The notes: generated from the letters alone by a model not told the origin. Shown: positions 1 through 10,749, numbered from the whole stretch's first letter. The stretch is DNA of 63,721 nt, filler included, from Octopus bimaculoides (GCF_001194135.2; 9 parts of 9 records of this genome joined end to end with filler, not necessarily neighbours in it); one strand, 5' to 3'. Program-made: numbers and translations.

Positions 1-53
<53 letters not shown>

Positions 54-94
54 CATACATATACACACACACATATATATATATTACACATATA

Positions 95-570
95 TAGTAA
101 GAGAGGATACTACACTGGTTTGGTCATGTGATGCAGATGGATGAGGACAGCTGCATAATGAAGTGAAGATCACTTAAAGTGGAGAGAAGTTGTGGAAGAG
201 CGAGACCCAGGAAGATATGGGTCAATTTCAAAATGCTGAAGCTTACAAAGGAGATGATAGAGGATTGAGATATGTGGTGCATTGCTATACTTGAGAAGAC
301 CTGTCTAGCACAACAGAATTGAGACCCTAAAACATGGGTGCCATGTAAAAAGCATTTGTATAGGTACTAGTGCCATGTAAAAGGCACCTGTGATGGTCCA
401 CATAAAAAAAGCACTCAGTACACTCAGTGGAGTAGTTGGTGTTAGGAAGGACATCCAGCCATAGAAACCAAGCCAAAGCAGGTGTGACCCCTGGCCTTAC
501 CAGTTCCTGTCAAGCCATCCAACCCATGCCACTATGGAAAATGGACGTTTAATGGTAATGATGATGATAT
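95..570 (+). mobile_element. Degenerate 3' end of an RTE-clade LINE with 3' UTR and (GAT)n-like tail
   Basis: Decayed homology to the C-terminus at 8271-8471 (WFGHVMQMDEDSC...CGRARPRK). It is followed by repeated GTGCCATGTAAAA motifs, the motif GTTGGTGTTAGGAAGGACATCCAGCC and an ATGATGATGAT tail. The same structure occurs at 48250-48965. Confidence 0.7.
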
Positions 571-576
571 ACAAAT

Positions 577-614
<38 letters not shown>

Positions 615-615
<1 letters not shown>

Positions 616-714
616 GGTACTACTAAAGCAGCACGGACCCGAACGCGCAGTCGCGCGTCCGCGCTAGCTAGTCGTGAGTGGTCGATCCTAACCCTAACCC
701 TAACCCTAAACACG
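615..714. repeat. CpG-rich dispersed repeat fragment ending in (CCCTAA)3 telomere-type hexamers
   Basis: Shares TAGGTACTA... and TCCGCGCTAGC.AGTCGTGA..GGTCGATCCTA with 7790-7850. CCTAACCCTAACCCTAACCCTAA lies at ~686-708, next to a gap. Confidence 0.6.
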
Positions 715-916
715 NNNNNNNNNNNNNNNNNNNNNNNNNNNNNNNNNNNNNNNNNNNNNNNNNNNNNNNNNNNNNNNNNNNNNNNNNNNNNNNNNNNNNN
801 NNNNNNNNNNNNNNNNNNNNNNNNNNNNNNNNNNNNNNNNNNNNNNNNNNNNNNNNNNNNNNNNNNNNNNNNNNNNNNNNNNNNNNNNNNNNNNNNNNNN
901 NNNNNNNNNNNNNNNN

Positions 917-951
<35 letters not shown>

Positions 952-1418
952 TAGATAGATAGATTGATAGATAGATAGACACACAAATAGATATTCACAC
1001 ACACACACATAATTTTTTACTTGTCCACTCAACTGTTGAGCTCTGATGACAGGTGACGTGACACACTGAATAGAATGGACTATCTCTATATATAAACACC
1101 CTATATTACTGCCAACAAAATACACAACACACGCACATACATTATACAATTATAAATAGCTCGTGTCAGAAATATCTTTCGTTTCACTTATAAAAAAGTA
1201 GACCAAACAGTTATATTTACACATGTCAACATAGAACAGACAGAAACTTTATAACAATTCTCAAATACCATCATCTGTTTCAAAAAATATAAAATATAAA
1301 ACAAGAAAAAATAGAGAAACCAAAACAACCTCACGTCTAATTGACGTAATACAGCTTGTGTTTGTGTGTTTAGTGAAACATTGTTAAACGGTAAAGGTAA
1401 TTAGATCATTGTGGATGG

Positions 1419-2645
1419 TTATTCCAGACCTAGAATCCAATTGATTCCTTGTACCAGAACTATAATCACCGGTTGCCAAACTACCAAATAACGAATCCAG
1501 TCCAAAAGGTTTCCATATAATACGTGGGGACGCTCCCACGGACTGGGAAACATACGTTTTAAATCCACTTTCTCTTTGCAGTAGGGACAAGTTTGTTTTT
1601 TACCAACAATACACCAGCCCCGGATACAGAACTCGTGAAAGGAGTGACCACAGGTTAACTTGCAAGTCTTCTCAGCAGCAACCACCGGTCGAACGTTGTC
1701 CGGATCATCGCTATCTGAGTCGATGTCGTTCCGATGTTCCAAATATCTGCTATCGTCCGAGGATGTCCGATCGGAGCTCACTGACGTAGGATTACCACAA
1801 ACAGCGCAAAGCCGCCAGTCGTAGTCCCGGTTGGGGAGACCAGAAGGTGTATAGAAACCGATGTGTGCGGCCATGGTATCAGAGCACACCTCGGCAAAGT
1901 CCCGTCCGACAACTCCAAAATAAAGACCATAAAACAAGATTAGCATTGCAAAATCCATGGCAACTTGAAATCGGATGAGAAAGAGGAGGTTCAACCCAAA
2001 GATGGTGAACATTATGATGAAGTAGCCAATTAATCCCATCGTGTAACTTAGTTTATACAGAAAAAGAAACCACTTATATACAAGACGGGGAGTATTTCCG
2101 GACAACGGTTTCGCCGTGGCTTTCAGAGTGACAAAAGCTGTCACCACGGAGAATATTATCCAAACAACAACAAAACGGTACCAGTGAAATTTGATACTAA
2201 AAGCTAAGGGAATAAGCCACATTCCCAGGAGAGTAGCTCGTTTAAAAGATCGGAAGTGTCTCTCTTTCCATTGAACTAACAGAAACTGAGCAACAACTAG
2301 TGTTGCCAGTAAAATAAGTATCATTTCTAAGTGCATAGTTTCATGTCCTCTGTGTTTCTCGTGGAGTCGTTGGTGTTCCTTTAACCAACGTTGTTGATCG
2401 GCAGATAACCGGGACAAATCCAGAGTAAGATTGTAATGTCTATGTATGTGTCCATGTCCAGCGTGTTGAAAACGACGTGCTCGTATCTGATTTATGGCCA
2501 TTGTGTTATTTCGGTTCGCAACATCTACTATTACGTCCCGAACATGTAAGATTTCTGTTGTCTTTTGTTGTTTTATAAGGACCTGGCTACCAGTTGAAGG
2601 TGATCCAACCATTTGATCACTAGGATTACCAAGACGACCAGCCAT
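1419..2645 (-). CDS. RNF121: RING finger protein 121/175 family multi-pass membrane E3 ubiquitin ligase; intact, single coding exon, 408 aa
   Basis: Family-diagnostic segments HEKHRGHETMHLEMILILLATLVVAQ, TPRLVYKWFL, FYGLYFGVVGRDFAEVC, the RING-H2 CAVC...CGHSFHEFCIRGWCIVGKKQTCPYCKEKVDLKRMF, and the C-terminus PWERPHVLYGNLLDWIRYLVVWQP...LGLE. A splice-acceptor-like TTCACCTGTATTCCAG ends 1 nt before the ATG. Confidence 0.96.
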   Translation of the reverse strand: MAGRLGNPSDQMVGSPSTGSQVLIKQQKTTEILHVRDVIVDVANRNNTMAINQIRARRFQHAGHGHIHRHYNLTLDLSRLSADQQRWLKEHQRLHEKHRGHETMHLEMILILLATLVVAQFLLVQWKERHFRSFKRATLLGMWLIPLAFSIKFHWYRFVVVWIIFSVVTAFVTLKATAKPLSGNTPRLVYKWFLFLYKLSYTMGLIGYFIIMFTIFGLNLLFLIRFQVAMDFAMLILFYGLYFGVVGRDFAEVCSDTMAAHIGFYTPSGLPNRDYDWRLCAVCGNPTSVSSDRTSSDDSRYLEHRNDIDSDSDDPDNVRPVVAAEKTCKLTCGHSFHEFCIRGWCIVGKKQTCPYCKEKVDLKRMFPSPWERPHVLYGNLLDWIRYLVVWQPVIIVLVQGINWILGLE

Positions 2646-3107
2646 ACTGGAATACAGGTGAAACGTCAGTCAGTCTAGAGTTATTCCTCTTGATCAGTAC
2701 AAACCGCTTATGTCAATCTTCAGAAGCCCGAATCCCCACCACTGCCATCTTCATTTCATATTTTCTTATTACTTCACTCAATATTTTAAATGTTTTGAGA
2801 TAGGAAAAAATAAATAAAACAAAAATAAAATCTAATTTAAAATTCTGGAAATCCTGAAGTAATTTGACTTCCTTTTAAATGTATGTTTAAAATCCATTTC
2901 ATATCAAATTTCTAAAATTTGAAACGAAAACACAGGAAGCCCATCGGTTTAGTTAGTGTTGAACAAACATTCCCTCGTCGTCTTTGCAACCGTAATATAA
3001 GTAAAGCTTCTGTTGTTTAGCTCCAAATCAGCTTTATACTGCAGACTTATGATCAGAAGCATCCTAGCTTTGGTCATCCTGTCTTATTAAAACAGAGTAC
3101 CTAGAAC

Positions 3108-3246
3108 TCGTATACGTCCGTTTTGTTTTTTTCACTTTAAAGGTGCTTATGGGATCTATTTCAAAACGGGGGCACCAGTATATGTTATTTTGTTGGGATT
3201 AATCCACCTTTAAAGTGAAAAAAAACAAAAAAACCGACGTATACGA
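3108..3246. repeat. Short foldback element with ~40-bp inverted repeats (3108-3145 / 3205-3246)
   Basis: TCGTATACGTCCGTTTTGTTTTTTTCACTTTAAAGGTG is near reverse-complementary to CACCTTTAAAGTGAAAAAAAACAAAAAAACCGACGTATACGA. Confidence 0.8.
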
Positions 3247-3537
3247 CAGGTGTGTAAAATATATTTGTGTACTTTTTCTGTTTATTCTTAATCTTCGTGT
3301 TTTTGCAAGATTGAAAAAAAAGTTTCGGAAAGCTAACATTTTAAAATTCTTCGGGAAGCGACAGTGATAGTTTCTATATTTAACCGTGCGTGTATATTCC
3401 TATTTTTGCTCCTGTTCTCTTCTACTTCTCTACTAGAAACGTTTACTTTGGAATTTACTTCTATTGAGAAAAAAAAAAAAATCGTGTGCATGTTATTTTT
3501 AACGAAAGTTTACTTATGACGGCTTCTCTTCACTGTC

Positions 3538-4242
3538 TAGAAATCTACGGATGCACAAAACGGAGAAAAGGAAACAAATATGGACGACTTGTTCCGAAAA
3601 GAGCCCGAGTGGGGAGCAGTTCTCAGAAATACCACCCCCAGTTTCCTATATCCTCGGAATTTACATAGTTCGAGCTATATTTGTAGAAGATTTCATTAAA
3701 AAGGTATCCATTTNNNNNNNNNNNNNNNNNNNNNNNNNNNNNNNNNNNNNNNNNNNNNNNNNNNNNNNNNNNNNNNNNNNNNNNNNNNNNNNNNNNNNNN
3801 NNNNNNNNNNNNNNNNNNNNNNNNNNNNNNNNNNNNNNNNNNNNNNNNNNNNNNNNNNNNNNNNNNNNNTTATGACCTCCCAAAGTCTGGGGGTTAAAAC
3901 CCTGTAGTTATGCCGGAATTTATTTCAAGTGAAAAAAAATCGCATGCAACAGATATGTCGTTTCAATAGTATATTTCTGTGCACCAGATCTGTAGCTGTT
4001 ATTGTTAGCATAACGTGTTTTCTGGTGAGGGCTTCATTTGCCTTCAATGCCTGTTTGTTGCTTCAGTAGAAATCTACGGATGCACAAAACGGAGAAAAGG
4101 AAACAAATATGGACGACTTGTTCCGAAAAGAGCCCGAGTGGGGAGCAGTTCTCAGAAATACCACCCCCAGTTTCCTATATCCTCGGAATTTACATAGTTC
4201 GAGCTATATTTGTAGAAGATTTCATTAAAAAGGTATCCATTT
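3538..4242. repeat. Identical 176-bp direct repeat (3538-3713 and 4067-4242) spanning a gap
   Basis: TAGAAATCTACGGATGCACAAAACGG...AAAGGTATCCATTT occurs twice; the duplicated ORF tails in the track confirm it. Confidence 0.85.
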
Positions 4243-4700
4243 TCTTGAAAGTTAAGACAAATTAAAGTGGACTTCAGTGAATTTTCTTAATTCTCCACCC
4301 CACCCCTCCTAAAACACTTTCTCACAAGAATTTTGTATATTCTGAACCTAAATGATATAACACATATTCGCAGAAAATCTCATTAGAAAATACCCATTTT
4401 TCTAAAAGTTATGATCATCTAAAGTTGGGGCAGGGCAGAAATCTATAGTTAGGCATAAATAGGCCTTCACCAGTATAAATAAAGACTACTCTACTACTTC
4501 TTAGTGCGCTTCTTCTCCGCTTTTATGTTTTTCTAAAACATAAAAACCCTATCCTCACATCTCTACACCCCACTCTTGCATTCCCACACCACCTCGCACT
4601 GACCACTTCCCAGCACCCACACTTTACAGATGCACACACACACACATCCACACGTCAAAGTCACCAGCCCATATCCACACACTCACATACATATGCACAC

Positions 4701-4930
4701 AGTGAGCTGGCAGAAACGTTAGCACGCCGGGCGAAATGCTTAGCGGTATTTCGTCTGCCACTACATTCTGAGTTCAAATTCCGCCGAGGTCGACTTTGCC
4801 TTTCATCCTTTCGGGGTCGATTAAATAAGTACCAGTTACACACTGGGGTCGATATAATCGACTTAATCCGTTTGTCTGTCCTTGTTTGTCCCCTTTGTGT
4901 GTAGCCCCTTGTGGGTAGTAAAGAAATAAT
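4701..4930 (+). mobile_element. tRNA-derived SINE, family A
   Basis: GTGAGCTGGCAGAAACGTTAGCACGCCGGGCGAAATGCTTAGCGGTATTTCG...GAGTTCAAATTCCGCCGAGGTCGACTTTGCCTTTCATCCTTTCGGGGTCG. Related copies at ~9830-10020 (-), 16905-17045, 17925-18120, 19665-19865, 58860-59025 (-) and 60720-60910. Confidence 0.8.
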
Positions 4931-5004
4931 ACATATGCACACGCAGCTTCATTTTGGGATCACCAATACTTTATTATCTCCCCTTCTTCCTAGCTCTCCT
5001 GCCT

Positions 5005-5330
5005 AACTTGAAATCTATGTTTTCAAAGGTGAATAAGCATTAACAGCTAGCAAACCAAGCTACCCCAAACTGATGAAGAGCAATGACTCTGAAACTAGTC
5101 TCTGAATGCTGGTTTTGCTGGGCGGAGGTGCTTATCTCCCCTGTTTGAAAACATAAGGACACGGTATGCTTGTGTCACATAGCCAACTGGAAACGGTGTT
5201 TCTTGGGGCTAAATAGAAGTAGCATTCTTCCCTTTACTGGGACTGCTACATTAAGTTCGTAACAAATCACTTTATCGTGCTGCTACTGTATAAATCTCTC
5301 TGAGAGATTTATAAATGTAATATTTCTAAT
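5005..5330 (+). mobile_element. Penelope-like terminal repeat (pLTR) or retrozyme-like unit carrying a hammerhead motif
   Basis: About 300 bp homologous to 55584-55880 and, in reverse complement, to 55290-55555. Contains the hammerhead core at 5070-5100. Confidence 0.65.
5055..5115 (+). ncRNA. Minimal type I hammerhead ribozyme motif (core intact, GUC cleavage triplet, stem I weakened)
   Basis: CTGATGA (5070-5076), stem II AGAG-caatga-CTCT (5077-5090), GAAA (5091-5094), palindromic stem III C-TA-G, then TC (5099-5100) and TCTGAA. The upstream CCCAAA pairs only partly with TCTGAA. Confidence 0.7.
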
Positions 5331-5965
5331 TTTATATNNNNNNNNNNNNNNNNNNNNNNNNNNNNNNNNNNNNNNNNNNNNNNNNNNNNNNNNNNNNNNN
5401 NNNNNNNNNNNNNNNNNNNNNNNNNNNNNNNNNNNNNNNNNNNNNNNNNNNNNNNNNNNNNNNNNNNNNNNNNNNNNNNNNNNNNNNNNNNNNNNNNNNN
5501 NNNNNNNNNNNNNNNNNNNNNNNNNNNNNNNNNNNNNNNNNNNNNNNNNNNNNNNNNNNNNNNNNNNNNNNNNNNNNNNNNNNNNNNNNNNNNNNNNNNN
5601 NNNNNNNNNNNNNNNNNNNNNNNNNNNNNNNNNNNNNNGAAAAGCGTAAACAAAACAAGTCTTTAGTTAATTGGATACGAATCGTTTCATGGTTAAGCGA
5701 ATGAAAATTTCACTATTCCAATCTTCAGCCCAAATATTCTGATAAATTTGAAAGTGTCTCTAAAAAAATTCACGGTAATTTTTGGCCATGCGACACCAAA
5801 AATCAACGATAAGAAAGGCACTTACGAATTCATCGGCTAGTGAGTTCAGGCATCTCACCTCAAAGAAGTCTATTCCATGTGCGTCACAAATAGTCCCGTA
5901 TGAAAAGAAGTCCCGTGTGGAGGGATTACGGTTTAACCATCTAACTTAGAGATATCAAATATAAA

Positions 5966-6048
5966 ATATACAAGAATAAGGGCAGGGAATCGTCAATTAA
6001 TTCTTGTATATTATTAATTGACGATTCCCTGCCCTTATTCTTGTATAT
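5966..6048. repeat. Perfect 36-bp inverted repeat with an 11-nt loop
   Basis: ATATACAAGAATAAGGGCAGGGAATCGTCAATTAAT (5966-6001) is the exact reverse complement of 6013-6048. Confidence 0.92.
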
Positions 6049-6060
6049 ACATATATATAT

Positions 6061-6720
6061 ATACAGCAGAACTCCTCTAATTTGAACATGCACTATGTTC
6101 AAGTTATAGGACGCTGTTCAAATTACGGGAAGAAAATGCATAAGGGTGTTAAAATATTTCCTCTTACATTTCTGGGTACCCCTGCTAGTATTTAATGTAT
6201 ATATTAAGGTGAGTACATTCTATATTTTAAAGAATCACTAAATATCATTGATAGGAAAAAAAATTGAAAATAAATTAATATCAAATAATGTTAGTCGTTA
6301 GGTATTTATTACATAAATTATCTGCATTTAACAACCAATCACCTATATAGAATACTTTTATTTATTCATTGAATGAGCTTCTTCACTTTCATTTCTGTCT
6401 TCATTTGTCGAACTCATAGGGGCTGCTATTGCATTCCTTAAGCGACCACGAAACTCCACTATTTCCTGGTACTGTAGTCTCTTTATGATCATATCCTTTC
6501 AAAGTGACGTTGCCTGCAAAACATAGTTGTTACTAAAGTAAGGATTTCTTTCTAGAAATGTTATCACTATCTCCATAGACTTTTCTGCATTATCCCATGA
6601 TATTTCCTCATGCTAACTTCATGACCATTATTTTCTTCAGGACAACTTGTCGCACCCACATTTCAATTGCATCAAGTGATTGAAAAACAATATGATTAGT
6701 GTGATTGCCTCGCTGCATCA
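6061..6720. mobile_element. Possible pogo/Tigger-like DNA transposon remnant
   Basis: TA followed by CAGCAGAACTCCTCTAATTTGAAC resembles pogo-type termini. No clear transposase reading frame was found. Confidence 0.3.
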
Positions 6721-7789
6721 TATATACAAATAAAATTTGAGTTATGAAAAAGTCCAAATTAGGGGAGTTCTACTGTGTATATATCTATATACACAAATGT
6801 GTAATGGTGTCTGTCTGTGTATTTGGGTTTACTCTAACTCCTCCCACACCGTCCAACATATTTTAGTGATTTTTGGCACATGCCCTGAAGTTCAAATAAG
6901 GCTGGAATTTTTCGAAAACTCGATAATGCTCAGTTGGCACCAATTTTAGTGAGCTCAATCGGGTGTTTGAATGGAAATTCCCATAATGATGTTATTTTTC
7001 CTGCAGCGTTTACATTTTTTCCTGAATGTGAACTCATTTTATGAAAACACATTCTTAAAGTCTTCATTTATTACTTCAGCCTCACTTTGCTGCACCATTG
7101 AACACGTCATCGTCAGCTGCAAACACTCCAGTCCGTCGCCTGCTCTGACCATTTTCCCTCCGCCTGCCACACATCTACTCATCCTGCAACAGCCTGCTGA
7201 ACCAGATATAACATCTTAATGGGTAATAGTTGGCATAAGGAACATAGATTTCAATACAAGGTCAGAAGATTTCAATACACGGAAAACACGAGCAANNNNN
7301 NNNNNNNNNNNNNNNNNNNNNNNNNNNNNNNNNNNNNNNNNNNNNNNNNNNNNNNNNNNNNNNNNNNNNNNNNNNNNNNNNNNNNNNNNNNNNNNCATTC
7401 AAATGACAATTATCTGAGGATTTCTGTTCGAGTCTGACCGTTTTAAGTTGTAGTGGAAACCCGACCTATGTCGCAAATAGGTATACGAGTACTGTATAAA
7501 TTTTATAATTGAAAAATATACTTTATTTTGTACATACGAACATATCAGCCTGCGGGTGGGGTGGGGGGCTTCCCCACCCCTGTCCTAGGTGATAGTTGTC
7601 TACAGGACCAGGATTCACTACGGAAAGGCAGCAATAAGGGGACACAACTAGTAAACATGCGTTTTTCATAAAGGAGATAAGAAAGTTGTCGACTGCAACA
7701 ACATGGGGAAGAAGCAACATCAGAAAGATAAGCTGTGAGTTGAATTGTTAAATTTTATTATTTCTGACTCCCGTTTATCTATTCATTTT

Positions 7790-7945
7790 AGGTACTATTC
7801 AAGAAGTGTGGTCCCTGTGCGCGCATCCGCGCTAGCGAGTCGTGACTAGTCGATCCTACGACTACCGAGTGCGAGTGCGCGTCATGCGCAAAACAGTACT
7901 TGGAGGGACATTACAAGTAATTATCTTTTGCGTAACCCCTACCAA
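7790..7945. repeat. Second copy of the CpG-rich dispersed repeat at 615-714
   Basis: TAGGTACTATTCAAG...TCCGCGCTAGCGAGTCGTGACTAGTCGATCCTA. Confidence 0.55.
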
Positions 7946-8224
7946 ATTGGTGGACTTGGGCACATCGTAGAAATAGATGAATCTATGATGTACAAGCACA
8001 AATACAACGGAGGATGTGATAGATAGGATAAAAATAGGTTAAAACGACGTTTTAAGAGTAAAATGGGGAAGGTTCAAAGAAAAAAAAATGATTTACTTTG
8101 TTTAAAAAACATGGTCATCTTTTGATACTAGTACTAGAAATGTCAAGCGACCTCGTGCCTTTATTTACATCGATTCGGCAGTTTCCGTAAAAAGTGTTGG
8201 GTTAGGGAAGTGGGAAAGGTACGC

Positions 8225-9010
8225 ATAAGTGGGCTGGTTACACCACTGGCATAGGCCACGGGTTATGGTCTCACTTGGCTTGCCTGGTCTTCTCAAGCAT
8301 AGCATATTTCCAAAGGTCTCGGTCACTAGTCATTGCCTCGGTGAGGCCTAATGTTCGAAAGTCGTGCTTCACCACCTCATCCCAGGTCTTCCTGGGTCTA
8401 CCTCTTCCACAGGTTCCCTCAACCGCTAGGGTGTGACACTTTTTCACACAGCTATCTTCATCCATTCTCACCGCATGACCATACTAGCACAGTCGTCTCT
8501 CTTGCACACCACATCTGATGCTTCATAGGTTCAACTTTTCTCTCAAGGCACTTACATTCTGCTGTGTATGCACACTTACATTACATATTCAGCAGACCTA
8601 TTGGCTTCATTCCTTGCAAGCTTGCGCATGTCCTCAGCAGTTATGGCCCATGTTTCACTGCCATGTAGCATGGATGATCGTACACATGCATCATACAGTC
8701 TACCTTTTACTCTGAGCGAGAGGCCCTTTGTCACCAGCAGAGGTAGGAGTTCTCTGAACTTTGCCCAGGCTATTCTTATTCTAGCAGCTACACTTTCAGA
8801 GCCCCCACTACTGACTTGGTCACCTAGGTAACAGAAGCTGTCAACTACTTGTAGTTTTTCTCCTTGGAATGTGGTAGAACTTGTTCTCTGCACATTTTCA
8901 GTGTTTATTGCACCTGAGCATCTGCAACATACAAAAACTATCTTGCTAGTTAGCCTTCCTTTGATATTGCTGCACTTCTTATGTGTCCATAGCCAGTGAC
9001 CCGGGAACAA
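8225..9010 (-). mobile_element. 5'-truncated, frameshifted RTE-clade LINE (C-terminal RT and downstream region)
   Basis: VVDSFCYLGDQVS...RIRIAWAKFRELLPLLVTKGLSLRVKGRLYDACVRSSMLHGSETW and RMDEDSCVKKCHTLAVEGTCGRGRPRKTWDEVVKHD...DRDLWK. Confidence 0.9.
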
Positions 9011-9294
9011 AATTTGCTTAGGGGGTGCAAACACAGTTTCAAAATTTGGCACTACTGGAGAAGTGTGGATTCGAGTTCTGGGAGTGTGCATGTCACAAAT
9101 TTGCGCACGCGTTAGTCAAATTTAGCACACAGGTAAAAAACGAGACACTCGCTACTTGCTGTAAATTGAGGGTGGGTTATCCATCTAATACAAGAGGAAA
9201 ATTGCAGATAAATTGAATAAAAACATGAAAAATAACAAAATGATATTTCATTGAAAAGTAAACCATTCTGAAAGATAGTTCAGAATGTTTTCAA

Positions 9295-9394
9295 NNNNNN
9301 NNNNNNNNNNNNNNNNNNNNNNNNNNNNNNNNNNNNNNTTAATTAATTAANNNNNNNNNNNNNNNNNNNNNNNNNNNNNNNNNNNNNNNNNNNN
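9295..9394. other. Artificial scaffold spacer N44-TTAATTAATTAA-N44 (one of eight)
   Basis: The same six-frame-stop 12-mer sits inside N runs at 9339, 24178, 26420, 35456, 45806, 49556, 59677 and 61878. Confidence 0.97.
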
Positions 9395-9711
9395 AAACAG
9401 AGAGTTACTTACGTTTCTTGCTTAAATAAAAGAAATTTTATTTAACAAACTGTGACACTAAAGACCGAGGTTACCGTGGTCTTTTCGTAGGTTTTTCTTT
9501 CCACGGATAACCTCCCCATTTATTGGGAATTTTTTGTATTATTTCGTATTTTTTGTAAATACCCCAAACGTTTTGCGATGTTTTTTTTTTCATCGTTGTC
9601 CCCACTTTTGTCTTTTTTTTCTGCTTTATTTTCGACCCCCTCGAAAAGAAAAAACTCTACATTTGTATTTTGTCCACTCTGTGTTGAGCCCTGTGTGGCT
9701 AATAAAGAAAC

Positions 9712-9742
<31 letters not shown>

Positions 9743-10708
9743 CCATCTTGGATACTGCATTTACTCGAAAAATAGAGGTGTTAATACCATGCGTATTAAT
9801 AACTAATCCTGATATTAAAATATACGCCTGCCGTACTGATTGTGGAGATAATTCAGTATGTGAACGTAAGCAAATGATAATATAACTACTGAGTTATCGA
9901 CCTTGTCTTCTATCCCTTTAGGCGTCGATTAAGATAAGTACTAGTTGAGCGCTGGGATCGATATGAACGACTTACCCACTCCACGAAAATTACTGGCCTT
10001 GAATCAGAATTTGAAACCAATATGGATACTGCGTGGGATACGGTTAATAATATTGGTGAGCGTAATAATAGTAGTAGTATAAATATTAATAATGAAGCTT
10101 ATGATAGGAAAATAATCTTAATATAAAATTAAATCCAATTTCAGCACTATTAATAAAAATGAATAAATATGACACTAAAAGTAAGAATTAATGTAACAAA
10201 TCTTTGTAGCCTAACAATAACATGAAGCATTTTAAACGTACTAAAGATACTAAGTCAGATAAGATTCAATATGAATGGAATCACATGCAAAACTAATGAT
10301 AAAATAATACTGCTTTTAGCACAATAAATACAGGGTGTGGTAAAGAAAATACTCCCATTGAATACAATTGCAATACAAATAACAGTAACTTCACAAAAAT
10401 CAGGATCGATTTTAACAATACTAACCAAACTACAAAAGAAGATATTAGTAAAAACGGGGAAGACAATAACAAGGATAGTTCTATAAATTAGTATTAGTCG
10501 CAGTTTTTTCGTATCATAGTTGGGACCAAGACTGAAAATAGGAATGTGATTTGACTACTCGACGTACCAAAGTTAGTATTGGTCACTTTACTTCTAACAT
10601 TACTCCGTCCGTCACGAGCGATAATAAAGGTTATAGACGATTATGCAAGAGAATTACAGTCGATTGAATCCTCCATCGGACTAAATGATACAATTAATAT
10701 ATCCAAGG

Positions 10709-10749
<41 letters not shown>

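Noticed and set aside
686-708. Possible true telomere
   Set aside because: Only about three hexamers, internal to the window and attached to a dispersed repeat.
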